64,000 nt of DNA from an uncultured Christensenella sp. (GCA_910584295.1 CAJTYR010000005.1:24904-88903); one strand, 5' to 3'. Positions 16,222 to 26,243 are shown, counted from the stretch's first letter. The notes: generated by a model not told the origin, from the sequence alone. Numbers and translations: made by a program.

Positions 16222-16738
16222 TCGCATTGTTGCGGAAGATTACATTGAAATCAATGTAAGTGCAAAAATTTCACACTTTTTGAAGGATGAAAGAAAAAGG
16301 TATCGAGAAGAAAAGGAACAAAACAAAGATAATGTCTCTTTGGAAAAGCTTGTTGATAAGGGTTTTCAGCCTGTTGAAACTACAAGTGTTGAACGAGAAA
16401 TTGCAAAAAGAGAAAGAGAACGAAAATATTTACAAAGCAAAGATTATAAACGGTTTTTATATTCTTTGAGAAAAGAAATCAAAAATACAATGGATATTAT
16501 GCCTAAAATGGTGCGAATGTCTATGTTTTTGCGATTTTTTAAAGGATTCTCTATTTCACAAATTGCAAAGGCACTTAGCATAACTAAAAGTTCTGCCCAA
16601 AGTTATTTAGCGGAAGGCAGTAAATATATTAAGTATTTCTTAAATAAAGACATTAAGCAGCAAGATAAGCTTGAACGCCAAAGACGCATGAGAATTGAAC
16701 AAGAAAAATATGATAAACTTTCTTCAAAAAAATTTTAA
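16202..16738 (+). CDS. Sigma-70 region-4-like HTH protein
   Basis: FLRFFKGFSISQIAKALSITKSSAQSYLAEG resembles a sigma-70 region 4 / LuxR-type HTH. It overlaps the upstream gene by 20 nt. RBS AAAGGAG. Confidence 0.45.
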   Translation: MKVKYFDRIVAEDYIEINVSAKISHFLKDERKRYREEKEQNKDNVSLEKLVDKGFQPVETTSVEREIAKRERERKYLQSKDYKRFLYSLRKEIKNTMDIMPKMVRMSMFLRFFKGFSISQIAKALSITKSSAQSYLAEGSKYIKYFLNKDIKQQDKLERQRRMRIEQEKYDKLSSKKF

Positions 16739-16860
16739 AAAAATCACATTTTCAAAACGCTAAACATTCGTAAAAATAAGCACTTTTTTGAAATTGGCCC
16801 CATACGATTTCCCTATATAAGTGAAGGGGCAAAAAAATAAGTTTTATAGTTTTTGATGTT

Positions 16861-16894
16861 CTGCATGGGCTATGCGTTCGCATGGCTCGTGCAG
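16861..16894. other. Nested inverted repeat; candidate oriT region
   Basis: CTGCA TGGGCT ATGCG TT CGCAT GGCTCG TGCAG pairs CTGCA with TGCAG and ATGCG with CGCAT. It sits in the 184-nt gap just upstream of the accessory and relaxase genes. Confidence 0.3.
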
Positions 16895-16922
16895 TAAAAA
16901 CTAAATTTAATAAGGAGACTTT

Positions 16923-17363
16923 ATGAACGAACAATATACAATCAGAGTTTATGACACAAGACTTGTTTCAAAGGTTGAAGAACTCTACAAAAATTGCAAA
17001 GACATTTACACGTCAAAAAATCCTTTCATGGTAGATTGCTTGGTGAGAGGCATGGAAGTTATTGAAAAGGATTTGTTTGGCACAAAGAAAACTGACAATG
17101 TTGAAGAACTTTACAACGAAGTTAAACTGACAATCAAAAAGCTTGACATCCTTTTGAAGCTTTGCGAGAAAACTGCACGAGAGAGCATTGCAAACATTAA
17201 GATCAATCAAAATCTTTTGTCTTGCAATTATAAAATGCTTTTGGGCTTGTCAGACAACAATCCAGAGCCAAGAGAAAAAGTGGAATCTGGCATGTATGAC
17301 AATCTTCCTGCACGCTTGGAAGAAGTTTTGGAAGAAGTCTTGCAACATTTTTTGGGTAAATGA
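16923..17363 (+). CDS. Hypothetical protein (possible relaxosome accessory factor, by position only)
   Basis: 146 aa, RBS AAGGAG. Its stop overlaps the relaxase start (ATGA). Confidence 0.55.
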   Translation: MNEQYTIRVYDTRLVSKVEELYKNCKDIYTSKNPFMVDCLVRGMEVIEKDLFGTKKTDNVEELYNEVKLTIKKLDILLKLCEKTARESIANIKINQNLLSCNYKMLLGLSDNNPEPREKVESGMYDNLPARLEEVLEEVLQHFLGK

Positions 17364-18550
17364 GCGTCCCAAATGTAAACCTATTTATTGGATATGTTGA
17401 CTGCTTGAAAGGAAAAAGCAGCCAAGACAAATATGTGAAAGAAAATTTTGAAACAAGACGATTTTATTCTGCTGGCAAAGATTATGATTATGTTAAATAT
17501 GTGCAAAATGGAAGCAAAGAAAAATTAGATTTTGTTGACTATTCTGGGAATGAAGAAAAAAGCAAAGGCATTTTCAATGAAAATGGCCTTATGGATGAAA
17601 AACAAATAAAAGAATTGCGAACAAAACTAAGGGATTGTCAAAGCCCAATTTGGCATGGTGTTATTTCTTTTACAGAAGAATTTGGAGACAAGTTTTGTGA
17701 CGATTATGAAAAGGCATATAACCTTATGAAAACGCAGTTGCCGAAGTTTTTTGAAAATGCAGGCTTACAACCGGACAATATGGTTTGGTTTGCAGGACTA
17801 CACGAAAACACTGACAACAAGCATATTCATTTTTCATTCTTTGAGAAAGCCCCTTTAAGAATGAGACAACGCCACAAAGGATTGTTTTATTCAAATGGAA
17901 TGATAAACAAAACTGCATTGAGCAAGTTTAAAGTCGCTTGCGAACTTCATTTACTGAACATATACAAACAAATAGGAAAAAACAGAAACGCTCTTACAAA
18001 CTCAATGAAAGAAGGACTAAATTTAGGAGCATTTATGAAAAATATCAAATCTCTCATCTTTATTCTTCCAGAGAAAGGAAGATTAAGCTATGAAAGTGAG
18101 AACATTAAGCCATTCAAACCACAAATTGATTTGATTGTAAATTCAATTATCCACTCAAACAAAGACTTAAAGCAAAAATTTGATAACTTTGACAAAATTT
18201 TGACTATTCGAGACAATGAACTTTTGAAAGCCTATTCCAAACTGAAAATAAATTACACAGACAAGCTTTTGCATGACAAGTGTATTTATGACATCTACCG
18301 CAGGCTTGGAAATCTTGTTTTGCTTACAGTTAAAGAAATTCGCATGGAACAAAGAAAACTGGACTATGAAACAAGAAATCGTCTTGTAAGAAAGAGAATT
18401 GACAAGTTTAAAAGAAAAGCACTTATCAAAAAGTGTATGCAACTTAGCGAACTTGTCAATCGAGAAATCGTATCTGCCTTTCAGGAATATTTGGACAAGC
18501 TTGAAGAAGCAAATTTCAAAATTATGAAAGAAGAAGGGTTTTTGGATTGA
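17360..18550 (+). CDS. Relaxase/mobilisation nuclease (MobL/MOBQ-like)
   Basis: Histidine-triad-like motif GLHENTDNKHIHFSF. The N-terminal Tyr-rich region YVKYVQNGSKEKLDFVDYSG...SKGIFNENG and WHGVISF fit MobL-type relaxases. It is translationally coupled to the T4CP gene. Confidence 0.65.
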   Translation: MSVPNVNLFIGYVDCLKGKSSQDKYVKENFETRRFYSAGKDYDYVKYVQNGSKEKLDFVDYSGNEEKSKGIFNENGLMDEKQIKELRTKLRDCQSPIWHGVISFTEEFGDKFCDDYEKAYNLMKTQLPKFFENAGLQPDNMVWFAGLHENTDNKHIHFSFFEKAPLRMRQRHKGLFYSNGMINKTALSKFKVACELHLLNIYKQIGKNRNALTNSMKEGLNLGAFMKNIKSLIFILPEKGRLSYESENIKPFKPQIDLIVNSIIHSNKDLKQKFDNFDKILTIRDNELLKAYSKLKINYTDKLLHDKCIYDIYRRLGNLVLLTVKEIRMEQRKLDYETRNRLVRKRIDKFKRKALIKKCMQLSELVNREIVSAFQEYLDKLEEANFKIMKEEGFLD

Positions 18551-20715
18551 AGATTTTGAAAAAAGTCATTATTTGGCTTGTTATCTTTGCGGTTTGCTTT
18601 GTTTGTGGATATTTAGTCAATATGTTTGTTTCAAACAATTTTGCACTTGAATTTAAGTTTAATCCTGCTTTGCTTGTTGCAGGAAAAACTTGGCTTTACA
18701 CTTTGTTTCTTGTGTCAATTTTCTTTGTTATGTGGCTGTTTGCTTGGTTTAAAGGGATTGGGAAAAATCCAAAGACAATCATGCAAGCCAAAGAAAAAGA
18801 TAAAGATATTTACACAGGACTTGAACAAGCACATTTTCAAACAGATAAAGAAATTCAAAACAACTTTAAAACAGTTGACTATATAAACTTGCCAAAGACA
18901 GACATTGAAGGAATCCCTGTCAAAGCCGAAGAAACAGCAAAAGGATATAAAATCACTTTTGCAAAGCCAGCACACACTCTTGTCATTGGAACAACTGGCT
19001 CTGGTAAAACAACAACATTCATCAATCCTGTCGTGCAAATTTTATCTCACACTCAAAGTCAGCCTTCAATGCTCTTGTCAGATCCAAAGGGTGAACTCTA
19101 TGCCTTGCACGCCAAAAGCCTTATAAATCGTGGCTATGATGTCAAAGTGCTTGACTTACGAAATCCTTACTGCTCAATACGTTGGAATCCACTTGAAAGG
19201 CCTTTTGAAATGTATCAAGAGATGTTGTCACTTGATGACAAAGTCCACTTAAACGAAGAAGAAGGCTATTATGTTTTTGAAGAAAAAATCTATTACAGCG
19301 AAGAAGAGAAAAATGCCGCTGTGCAAGTGCGAAAACAAGAAATCTTTGATGAAGTGTATGAGGACTTAAACGACATTTGTTCTGTTCTCTGCCCCGTCAC
19401 AAATAAGAGTGAGCCTATTTGGGAAAGTGGCGCCAAAAACTTTATTCTTGCGATCACTCTTGCCATGCTTGAAGATAGTGAAAATCCAAAACTTGGCATG
19501 ACAAAAGAAAAGTTTAATTTTTACAACATTATGAAGATTGCCACAAACACACAAAACGATTGCGAAGATCTCATGGACTATTTCAAAAATAGAAGCCCGA
19601 TTTCTAAAAGTGTCAGTCTTTCAAAACAAGTGCTTGACGCCAGCGACAAAACACGAGGATCTTATTTGTCAACAATCTTTGACAAACTTTCAATGTTTAG
19701 TGACATGAGTATTTGTTCTTTGACAAGTGCAAATGAAATCAACTTTGGAGAGATTGCGACAAAACCAACAGCACTGTTCTTGCAGATTCCAGACGAAAAA
19801 GAAACAAGACATACACTTGCTGCTATGGTAATTTTGCAAGCCTACAAAGCACTCGTAGCGAAGGCAAACACATATCCAGATTTGGCACTGCCAAGAAGTG
19901 TATATTTTCTTCTTGACGAGTTTGGCAATCTGCCAAAAGTCCACAAACTTGAACAAATGATTACAGTTGGCAGAAGCAGAAAAATTTGGCTTTCTCTTGT
20001 TGTGCAATCCTATGCCCAGCTTGCCAAAGTTTATGATGACAAAAGTGCAGACATTATCAAGTCAAACTGCAATATTCAAATCTTTATTGGAACAACAGAT
20101 TTGAAAACTATTGAAGAATTTTCAAAAAAATGCGGAAATTTCTCAATAATTCAACGAAATGTCAGCTTTTCTTCATCAAATGACAATGTTGGAAGCTCTG
20201 TAAGTGTCAAAGAAAGGCCCCTTATTTATCCAACAGAATTGCAACAACTCAACAGCCCAGACAACATGGGAAATGCAATTGTCAATGTCTTTGGCTTTTC
20301 GCCAATCAAAAGCAAATTTACGCCAAGTTATCAAAGCAGATATTTTGTTTTGGAAAAGACAAATCAGCTTTTATCCGAAGGCAAATATTTCAATGAAAAA
20401 CAAGTTTTCTATAACATGCTTGAAAGAAATAAAAGTGTGCTAAGAAGAGAAAGATTTGAAACAAACAGATTTGACATAACGCCTTTTGTTGAAAGCTTTA
20501 AAGTCCAAATTGAAAAGTTTGATTTTGAAAGCTTGGGTTGTTTTGAATATAAGCTTGAAATTCTCAAAGCACTTGACAATCAAGATTTCGACTTGGTTTG
20601 CAAACGCGTGCAAGACATCTCAAGAATGCTTGAAAAATGTGGAACAGACGATTATGGCAATGCCACAAACTTAATTATGAAAGCCGAACAATTAAAAAGG
20701 TTGGTGAAAACATGA
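18547..20715 (+). CDS. Type IV secretion coupling protein (VirD4/TraG/TcpA-like)
   Basis: Two N-terminal TM helices, Walker A IGTTGSGKTTTFINP and Walker B YFLLDEFGNLP. A TTG start overlaps the relaxase stop (TTGA). Confidence 0.9.
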   Translation: MKILKKVIIWLVIFAVCFVCGYLVNMFVSNNFALEFKFNPALLVAGKTWLYTLFLVSIFFVMWLFAWFKGIGKNPKTIMQAKEKDKDIYTGLEQAHFQTDKEIQNNFKTVDYINLPKTDIEGIPVKAEETAKGYKITFAKPAHTLVIGTTGSGKTTTFINPVVQILSHTQSQPSMLLSDPKGELYALHAKSLINRGYDVKVLDLRNPYCSIRWNPLERPFEMYQEMLSLDDKVHLNEEEGYYVFEEKIYYSEEEKNAAVQVRKQEIFDEVYEDLNDICSVLCPVTNKSEPIWESGAKNFILAITLAMLEDSENPKLGMTKEKFNFYNIMKIATNTQNDCEDLMDYFKNRSPISKSVSLSKQVLDASDKTRGSYLSTIFDKLSMFSDMSICSLTSANEINFGEIATKPTALFLQIPDEKETRHTLAAMVILQAYKALVAKANTYPDLALPRSVYFLLDEFGNLPKVHKLEQMITVGRSRKIWLSLVVQSYAQLAKVYDDKSADIIKSNCNIQIFIGTTDLKTIEEFSKKCGNFSIIQRNVSFSSSNDNVGSSVSVKERPLIYPTELQQLNSPDNMGNAIVNVFGFSPIKSKFTPSYQSRYFVLEKTNQLLSEGKYFNEKQVFYNMLERNKSVLRRERFETNRFDITPFVESFKVQIEKFDFESLGCFEYKLEILKALDNQDFDLVCKRVQDISRMLEKCGTDDYGNATNLIMKAEQLKRLVKT

Positions 20716-23700
20716 CAACAAAATTAAAACACTCTTTTATTGCCCTTTTATGTATTGTGTTCTGTATTCTTCCCGCAACAATATTGTCAATAAATTTTAT
20801 GCCAACTCAAACTGCTGACGCTGTTGTTATTGGCCCGATTGTTATGCCCGATGATATAGTCAATCCGGGTATTGGAACGGACTATGATAAACCTGTTGCG
20901 AAGGAGTGGTCCAACAGCACTGGTGTTCCAGCGGCAAAACCAAACGCTGACGGCAGCCTAAAATCCTACTCATCATTATATGTAAAAAATGATAAATTTT
21001 TCAAAGTTTACAGCCCAGACAGAAGATATGGATCAGTTGTTATGTATTTCAAAGTTGTAAGAACTGACAAGCGCCCAATCTATGATGATGACGGAATTTT
21101 AGATGTCTCATGGAACACAGCAGTTGCCGCTGACGAAGTTGTAGATTATGCAGCGAACTTATATATCAAAACTCAAATGGCTTACTACACTTGGAATGGC
21201 TTTTGCGGAACTGTTCTTTATGACAAATTTGAAAGTGGAAGCTTTCCGCTTCGTTGGAATACCGGAAATACTGTCAACGAATCTGTGATTTTTATTATGC
21301 CAGATGAAAATCTAAACAATTATGGTGCAGGTCCTTACAAAAACAATGGAATAAATCCGGGATATGACTATTTCAAGTTGACGAACATTCATAGATTTGA
21401 TACGCCTATGTTTTCTGTTAGCTTAAAAGGAAAAGGCTATTGGGAAAATTGTTTTTGGGGTGGATGTTTTGACTATGTAAGCTTTGATGACAATATGACT
21501 GGATATATAAGCCGAGCAAATCGAAACTGGTCAAACACTCTTAAAGCAAACACGAACAAAGGCTTTTACAAAGGACAAACCGCTTATTACTCGCCAAAGG
21601 CTTTCACTGTTGTCGCGAGCAATCTAAACAATTTTGTTAAAGTCAATGGCGTGCAAGCCACACCAAAAACCGGAACAGATGTTGTGCCTTTCAAAGACGG
21701 ACATCACATAAGCGTTTCAAATGAAGGCATAACAACCATTGAAATTGAAAATGGTGCAGAAAATGTTTACACCCCATATTATTGCTTTGTTGACACGAAA
21801 TTGCCCGATGTCAGTTATTCATATCACAATGCAAATGCAACCGAATTAAGACGCGTTGGAAGCATTACAACAACTGCAAGTGGTGCCAAACAACAATCAA
21901 TCTTTGAAGGGGTTTTTCGCGATCAAGTGCAAGTCAATTTTGGCACTGCCGAAAACGAAAGCCCAGAAACCGCTACCTACAAATTTAATGGCAAAACTTA
22001 CAATCTCACAAGCGGAACTTGGCTTTCACAAGAAGGAAGATATGAAGTGACTGTCACAGATTTGGCAGGGAACAAAACAATAAGCACCTTTGATATTGAC
22101 TGCTCTTATCCAACAGCAAATCTTGACAGAATGTCAAATGACAAATCACTTAAAGTCAGCAGATGGTGGCTTGTGAATGTCCCAACAGGATACAAAGACG
22201 CAGGATCCTATTCTTTTGGAATCTTAGACTTTGCAAAAGATTTTGCAATGCAGGCTGAAAGAAACACACACGTGACAAGTTATCACTTAGACAATATTGA
22301 TGACTTTGTAAACACGCATTTGGTTGCAAGCGGAAACACTGTCAAGCTTGGCGACTATTGGTATTATAAGTCAATCAACAATCCGGAACTTTTTGTCTAT
22401 TATTTTGATGAAAATTCATTAAACGTAGCAATAGAGTTTTACAGCAAAGATTTTATTTCACAAGAACAAAAATACAAAATAAACTCAACATTCTCGCCAA
22501 ATAATTATGGCACGCATATTGACGACTCAATGTATAGCAATATTATTTTCAAAAACTTAATGTCTGCCTACTATGTCAATAATTTTGCTTTCAAATCTGA
22601 AGATATAAACGAAAGCTATAAAGTTTATTATGACTTTGCAGAAGATGACATTGCAGATTGGAAAGAATTGCAATACAATAAAACCTTTGCAAGCCAAGCA
22701 AATACACATGGCTTGTATATGATTAAAGAAGTTGACTTTGCAGGACATGAAAGTTGTTATTTTGTATTCTTAGACTTACAAGCGCCCATGCTTGATATTG
22801 AAGCAACAATCTATGGAAAAGACAAAACAATATCTCAAACGATTTCTGTAAATGATATTCCAGAAAATCACGAACTCATCTTCTATTATGAAACTTTCAA
22901 AATAACAAATGTGATTGAAGATGACCGGTGGTGGATTATGGAAGTCAAAGATCCAAAAGGTCAAATTGCAAGATACACATATCTTGATGAATTGCCGAAC
23001 TTTGACGGATATGCACCCGGTGAATATACAATCACTGTCGCCGACAGATTGTCAAATGTTTTCACTTTCAAAGTTTGCTTACTTGGCAAAGCACCAGAAG
23101 CAACTTTCACTGACATCAATGCCAAAATGCAATTGAGAATTGACATCAAGTGCAGCGAGGATTACAACTATGTTGCAGACTTGAAAATATATCGAAATGA
23201 CGTTTGTTTAAACTCGCAGCTTGGCTATGATGAATTTCCAGATGATGACACAAACTCTCTTATTTATATCAATGCAGACAACCTATCCTATCTTTTCAAC
23301 AAAGGTGGAACTTATGTTGTTGAAATCACAGACAACTTTGGTCGAGTTGTTTCCTATGAATATAAATTTGAGAAAGACTTGCCGACAGGCACGCTTATTG
23401 GTGTTGAACATAACGGAAAGACAAACAGCGAAGTGAAATTCATTTACAACACAGACAAGTTTTATGTTGCGATTGAAAACAACGGAAAAGTGTTTTCGCC
23501 AGAAGAACTTGCTGACAAAAATTTGACAACCTTAACATTCAGCCCAAACGAAAATTCAATTGACAATTTTGTTATCAAACTTATTGACCGATCAGACAAT
23601 GAAAACTACAATGTATATGCTTTCACAATCAAAACAACAAAACCTATTCTCAATCTTTTCGGAGTTGAAAATGGTGGAAAAACTGGTGGCACAGTTTATG

Positions 23701-25160
23701 CCATGTGGGAAAACAATGAGGAACAATACACCGCTTCCTACACCCATAATGGCAAGACACAAGAATATAGAAAAGGACAAATCCTTACAATTGACGGAAA
23801 GTATGAAATCACACTTTATGACGAAATAGGAAATTTCACAACTGTAAATTTTGAAATAGACAAATCCATTGACTTTACAATTGCAGATGTCAACGGAAAC
23901 ACTTATTCACTTGAAGAAATAAAAACTATCAACTTTGATATTAGACTTATAGATAACGAGCCACTTACAATTTCCATGACAAAAGACAAAGAAAATTTTG
24001 AATATGAGTTTGGACTTATGATAACCGAAGAAGGTTTTTATGAAGTTAGACTTATTGATGAGTTTAACAACTCAATCTTCTTCTCTTTCACGATTGACAA
24101 AACGCCGCCCGTTGCAACCTTATATGGCGTAGCCGAATATGGCAAAACAAATAAAAGTGCATGGGTGACTTCAATGGAAACAAACCTTATTTGTTGGTAT
24201 CTTGTGAATGACGAATATAAAGACGTCTATCGTCTTGGACAAGAACTTACTGAAAGCGGAAAATATTTAGTTTGCATATCAGACCAAGCAAGAAATCTCA
24301 CAACCTTTGAATTTGAAATAGATCGTTCTATTGCCTATGATATAAACACTTATCGAGGCGGAATTTCAAATGGTGGTGTTAGACTTATTGCTTATGAAAA
24401 CTTGAAAATTTATATGACAAAAAACAGTCAACTTTTTGAATATAACTTTGAACAAATTTTGAATGACGAAGGCGAATATTCTTACACGATTTTTGATGAT
24501 TTAGGAAACAAAGAAATTGGCTTCTTCACAATCATCAATAAGAAAAAACAAAACTTAAACCATGTTCTGCAAGAGGATATACAAGTCAAAAACATAACAA
24601 AGAATGATGAGAATTTTGAATATGAAGTTGCAAACAGAAAACTTTATCTTCACGATGAAGGCACCTATAAAGTTTTGATTTTGGATAACAAAACAAACAA
24701 AGAATATTCATTTGAAATCACAATTGACACCACCCCACCAACACTTGAAATTGTAGGTGTGGAAAATGGTGGAAAAACAAAAAAGGTTGTCACACTTAAA
24801 AATGTTTCCGAAACGCCTTATGAACTTATCATCCATGTTGACGGTGTGAAGTTTGAATACAAACTTGGAGACGAAATTGAAAAGTGTGGAAAATTTGAAA
24901 TCACTTTACTTGACGAAGCAGGCAACAAAACAACCTATTCTTTTGAACGCGAATATTCACTTAATGCAGCAAGCATTGGTGTTATTGCGGGCTTTGGAGT
25001 GCTTGTCATATTGTTGATTATATTGCTTATAAAATCAAGACATCACTATTATAAAGATGAAGTTTTGGAAGAAATCACAGAAACAACCATTGAAGAAGAT
25101 GTTATCTCTGAAAATGATGAAAATGACGACGAAAACGCCCAAATTGATGAAAATCAATAG
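20712..25160 (+). CDS. Large repeat-containing surface protein (putative conjugation adhesin) with a C-terminal TM anchor
   Basis: I use ATG 20712 (ATGA overlap with the T4CP stop). Signal peptide MTTKLKHSFIALLCIVFCILPATIL...TQTADA. At least four modules start D.T.P...(L).GVENGGKT and end GKYEITL.DE.GN.TT..FEID. C-terminal TM IGVIAGFGVLVILLIILLI followed by an acidic tail. No LPXTG. Confidence 0.75.
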   Translation: MTTKLKHSFIALLCIVFCILPATILSINFMPTQTADAVVIGPIVMPDDIVNPGIGTDYDKPVAKEWSNSTGVPAAKPNADGSLKSYSSLYVKNDKFFKVYSPDRRYGSVVMYFKVVRTDKRPIYDDDGILDVSWNTAVAADEVVDYAANLYIKTQMAYYTWNGFCGTVLYDKFESGSFPLRWNTGNTVNESVIFIMPDENLNNYGAGPYKNNGINPGYDYFKLTNIHRFDTPMFSVSLKGKGYWENCFWGGCFDYVSFDDNMTGYISRANRNWSNTLKANTNKGFYKGQTAYYSPKAFTVVASNLNNFVKVNGVQATPKTGTDVVPFKDGHHISVSNEGITTIEIENGAENVYTPYYCFVDTKLPDVSYSYHNANATELRRVGSITTTASGAKQQSIFEGVFRDQVQVNFGTAENESPETATYKFNGKTYNLTSGTWLSQEGRYEVTVTDLAGNKTISTFDIDCSYPTANLDRMSNDKSLKVSRWWLVNVPTGYKDAGSYSFGILDFAKDFAMQAERNTHVTSYHLDNIDDFVNTHLVASGNTVKLGDYWYYKSINNPELFVYYFDENSLNVAIEFYSKDFISQEQKYKINSTFSPNNYGTHIDDSMYSNIIFKNLMSAYYVNNFAFKSEDINESYKVYYDFAEDDIADWKELQYNKTFASQANTHGLYMIKEVDFAGHESCYFVFLDLQAPMLDIEATIYGKDKTISQTISVNDIPENHELIFYYETFKITNVIEDDRWWIMEVKDPKGQIARYTYLDELPNFDGYAPGEYTITVADRLSNVFTFKVCLLGKAPEATFTDINAKMQLRIDIKCSEDYNYVADLKIYRNDVCLNSQLGYDEFPDDDTNSLIYINADNLSYLFNKGGTYVVEITDNFGRVVSYEYKFEKDLPTGTLIGVEHNGKTNSEVKFIYNTDKFYVAIENNGKVFSPEELADKNLTTLTFSPNENSIDNFVIKLIDRSDNENYNVYAFTIKTTKPILNLFGVENGGKTGGTVYAMWENNEEQYTASYTHNGKTQEYRKGQILTIDGKYEITLYDEIGNFTTVNFEIDKSIDFTIADVNGNTYSLEEIKTINFDIRLIDNEPLTISMTKDKENFEYEFGLMITEEGFYEVRLIDEFNNSIFFSFTIDKTPPVATLYGVAEYGKTNKSAWVTSMETNLICWYLVNDEYKDVYRLGQELTESGKYLVCISDQARNLTTFEFEIDRSIAYDINTYRGGISNGGVRLIAYENLKIYMTKNSQLFEYNFEQILNDEGEYSYTIFDDLGNKEIGFFTIINKKKQNLNHVLQEDIQVKNITKNDENFEYEVANRKLYLHDEGTYKVLILDNKTNKEYSFEITIDTTPPTLEIVGVENGGKTKKVVTLKNVSETPYELIIHVDGVKFEYKLGDEIEKCGKFEITLLDEAGNKTTYSFEREYSLNAASIGVIAGFGVLVILLIILLIKSRHHYYKDEVLEEITETTIEEDVISENDENDDENAQIDENQ

Positions 25161-25191
25161 GGATTTTATATAAATTTATAGCAAGCAGGAT

Positions 25192-25337
25192 AAGAGATAG
25201 CCTCAAAATCGCAAACTCAACGCCTACAAGCCCCTAAAATAAAGGGGTTTGGCTGATTCAGCCTTAAAGGTGGGCTGATGCGATTTTGACTCATCTCTCT
25301 TACGCTAAGCAAGTGTGAAACCCACTTCTTTTTTTAT
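25192..25337 (+). promoter_or_regulatory. Structured intergenic RNA element (long closing stem, two internal hairpins, then a terminator-like hairpin)
   Basis: 25192..25213 pairs with 25279..25299 (11 perfect bp TGCGATTTTGA, an internal loop, then 6 bp). Inside are hairpins CCCCT-AAAATAA-AGGGG (25231..25247) and GGCTGA-T-TCAGCC (25251..25263). Downstream, AAGTG-TGAAACC-CACTT precedes a T-run (25311..25337). Confidence 0.45.
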
Positions 25338-25396
25338 TGAAATATAGAGCAAAGCATAGAACACAAAACAAATAAAAATTGGAGGAATTTTAAAAA

Positions 25397-25687
25397 ATGA
25401 GCATGTTAGCTGCAATTGATTTCAACCCGGTTTTAGCACCTGTGTTGGAAGTTTTAAACGCGATCCTTTGGCCAGCAATTGGACTTGTCGGATCAATTGG
25501 AATGATTTACTGTATTATTCTTGGTGTGAAAGTTGCCAAGGCGGATGAAGCGGGCTCGCGAGAAAAAGCCAAGAAAGATTTGATTGGCGCAATCATTGGA
25601 TTTGTCGTCATCTTTGTATTGATATTGGCACTCAAAATCGCTATGCCTATCTTGCAAGATTGGGTAAGCACACAAATTCAAGCATAA
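25397..25687 (+). CDS. VirB2/TrbC-like pilin-like conjugal transfer membrane protein
   Basis: 96 aa with two hydrophobic helices (ILWPAIGLVGSIGMIYCIILGV and LIGAIIGFVVIFVLILAL) separated by a charged loop. It is the first gene of the channel block. RBS GGAGG. Confidence 0.5.
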   Translation: MSMLAAIDFNPVLAPVLEVLNAILWPAIGLVGSIGMIYCIILGVKVAKADEAGSREKAKKDLIGAIIGFVVIFVLILALKIAMPILQDWVSTQIQA

Positions 25688-25706
25688 CAAAAAAGGAAAT
25701 TAAAAT

Positions 25707-26240
25707 ATGAAAAATCTATCAACAAAAACAAAGATTTTGATTGGTGCAGGTATTGTGCTTGCAATCTTCATTATCTTTCTTTTCATCTTGGCAGGAAGCT
25801 CTGGACAGAGTAAAATCCCAAATGAAGAAGAACTTAAACAAGACATCACTGGCATTACTTGCGAAACTGAAACACAGGGAAATTTTGATTATGACCTTTC
25901 TCTCATAACAAATGAAACTGATTTTGACACACAAATTTCAAGCAGAAAATATACAAAAATTGTCATCAATCAAACAAAAGATTTGAAGAGTTTGGGTGTC
26001 GGTTTTGCAGTCAAATCTGACAGCAGCACAATCATCACTTTCACGCTTATGAAGAATGATGAAATCTTAAAATCTGACACTCTCACTTTGGAAAGCGGAC
26101 AAACCGCAACAGCAAATTTGAGTTTGGAAAATCCAACTGAAATTTCAGCTTCTGACAAATTCTATATTGATGTCACACTTTCAGAAGATACAACTTTTGC
26201 AGTTGACACATTCTTATTCTTTATGGAAGTTGAGGCTTAA
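25707..26240 (+). CDS. Membrane-anchored hypothetical protein
   Basis: 177 aa with a single N-terminal TM helix (ILIGAGIVLAIFIIFLFILAG). RBS AAAGGAA. Lies within the T4SS block. Confidence 0.6.
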   Translation: MKNLSTKTKILIGAGIVLAIFIIFLFILAGSSGQSKIPNEEELKQDITGITCETETQGNFDYDLSLITNETDFDTQISSRKYTKIVINQTKDLKSLGVGFAVKSDSSTIITFTLMKNDEILKSDTLTLESGQTATANLSLENPTEISASDKFYIDVTLSEDTTFAVDTFLFFMEVEA

Positions 26241-26243
26241 AAT

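Noticed and set aside
16799-16807. A shared 9-mer CCATACGAT between the oriT-candidate gap and the right arm (39474..39482), as a possible protein-binding site
   Set aside because: A 9-mer recurring once in 64 kb on either strand is close to chance expectation.
20637-20711. Upstream start for the adhesin gene (track start 20637)
   Set aside because: The extension overlaps the T4CP coding end and has no signal peptide. ATG 20712 gives a canonical signal peptide and an ATGA stop-start overlap.
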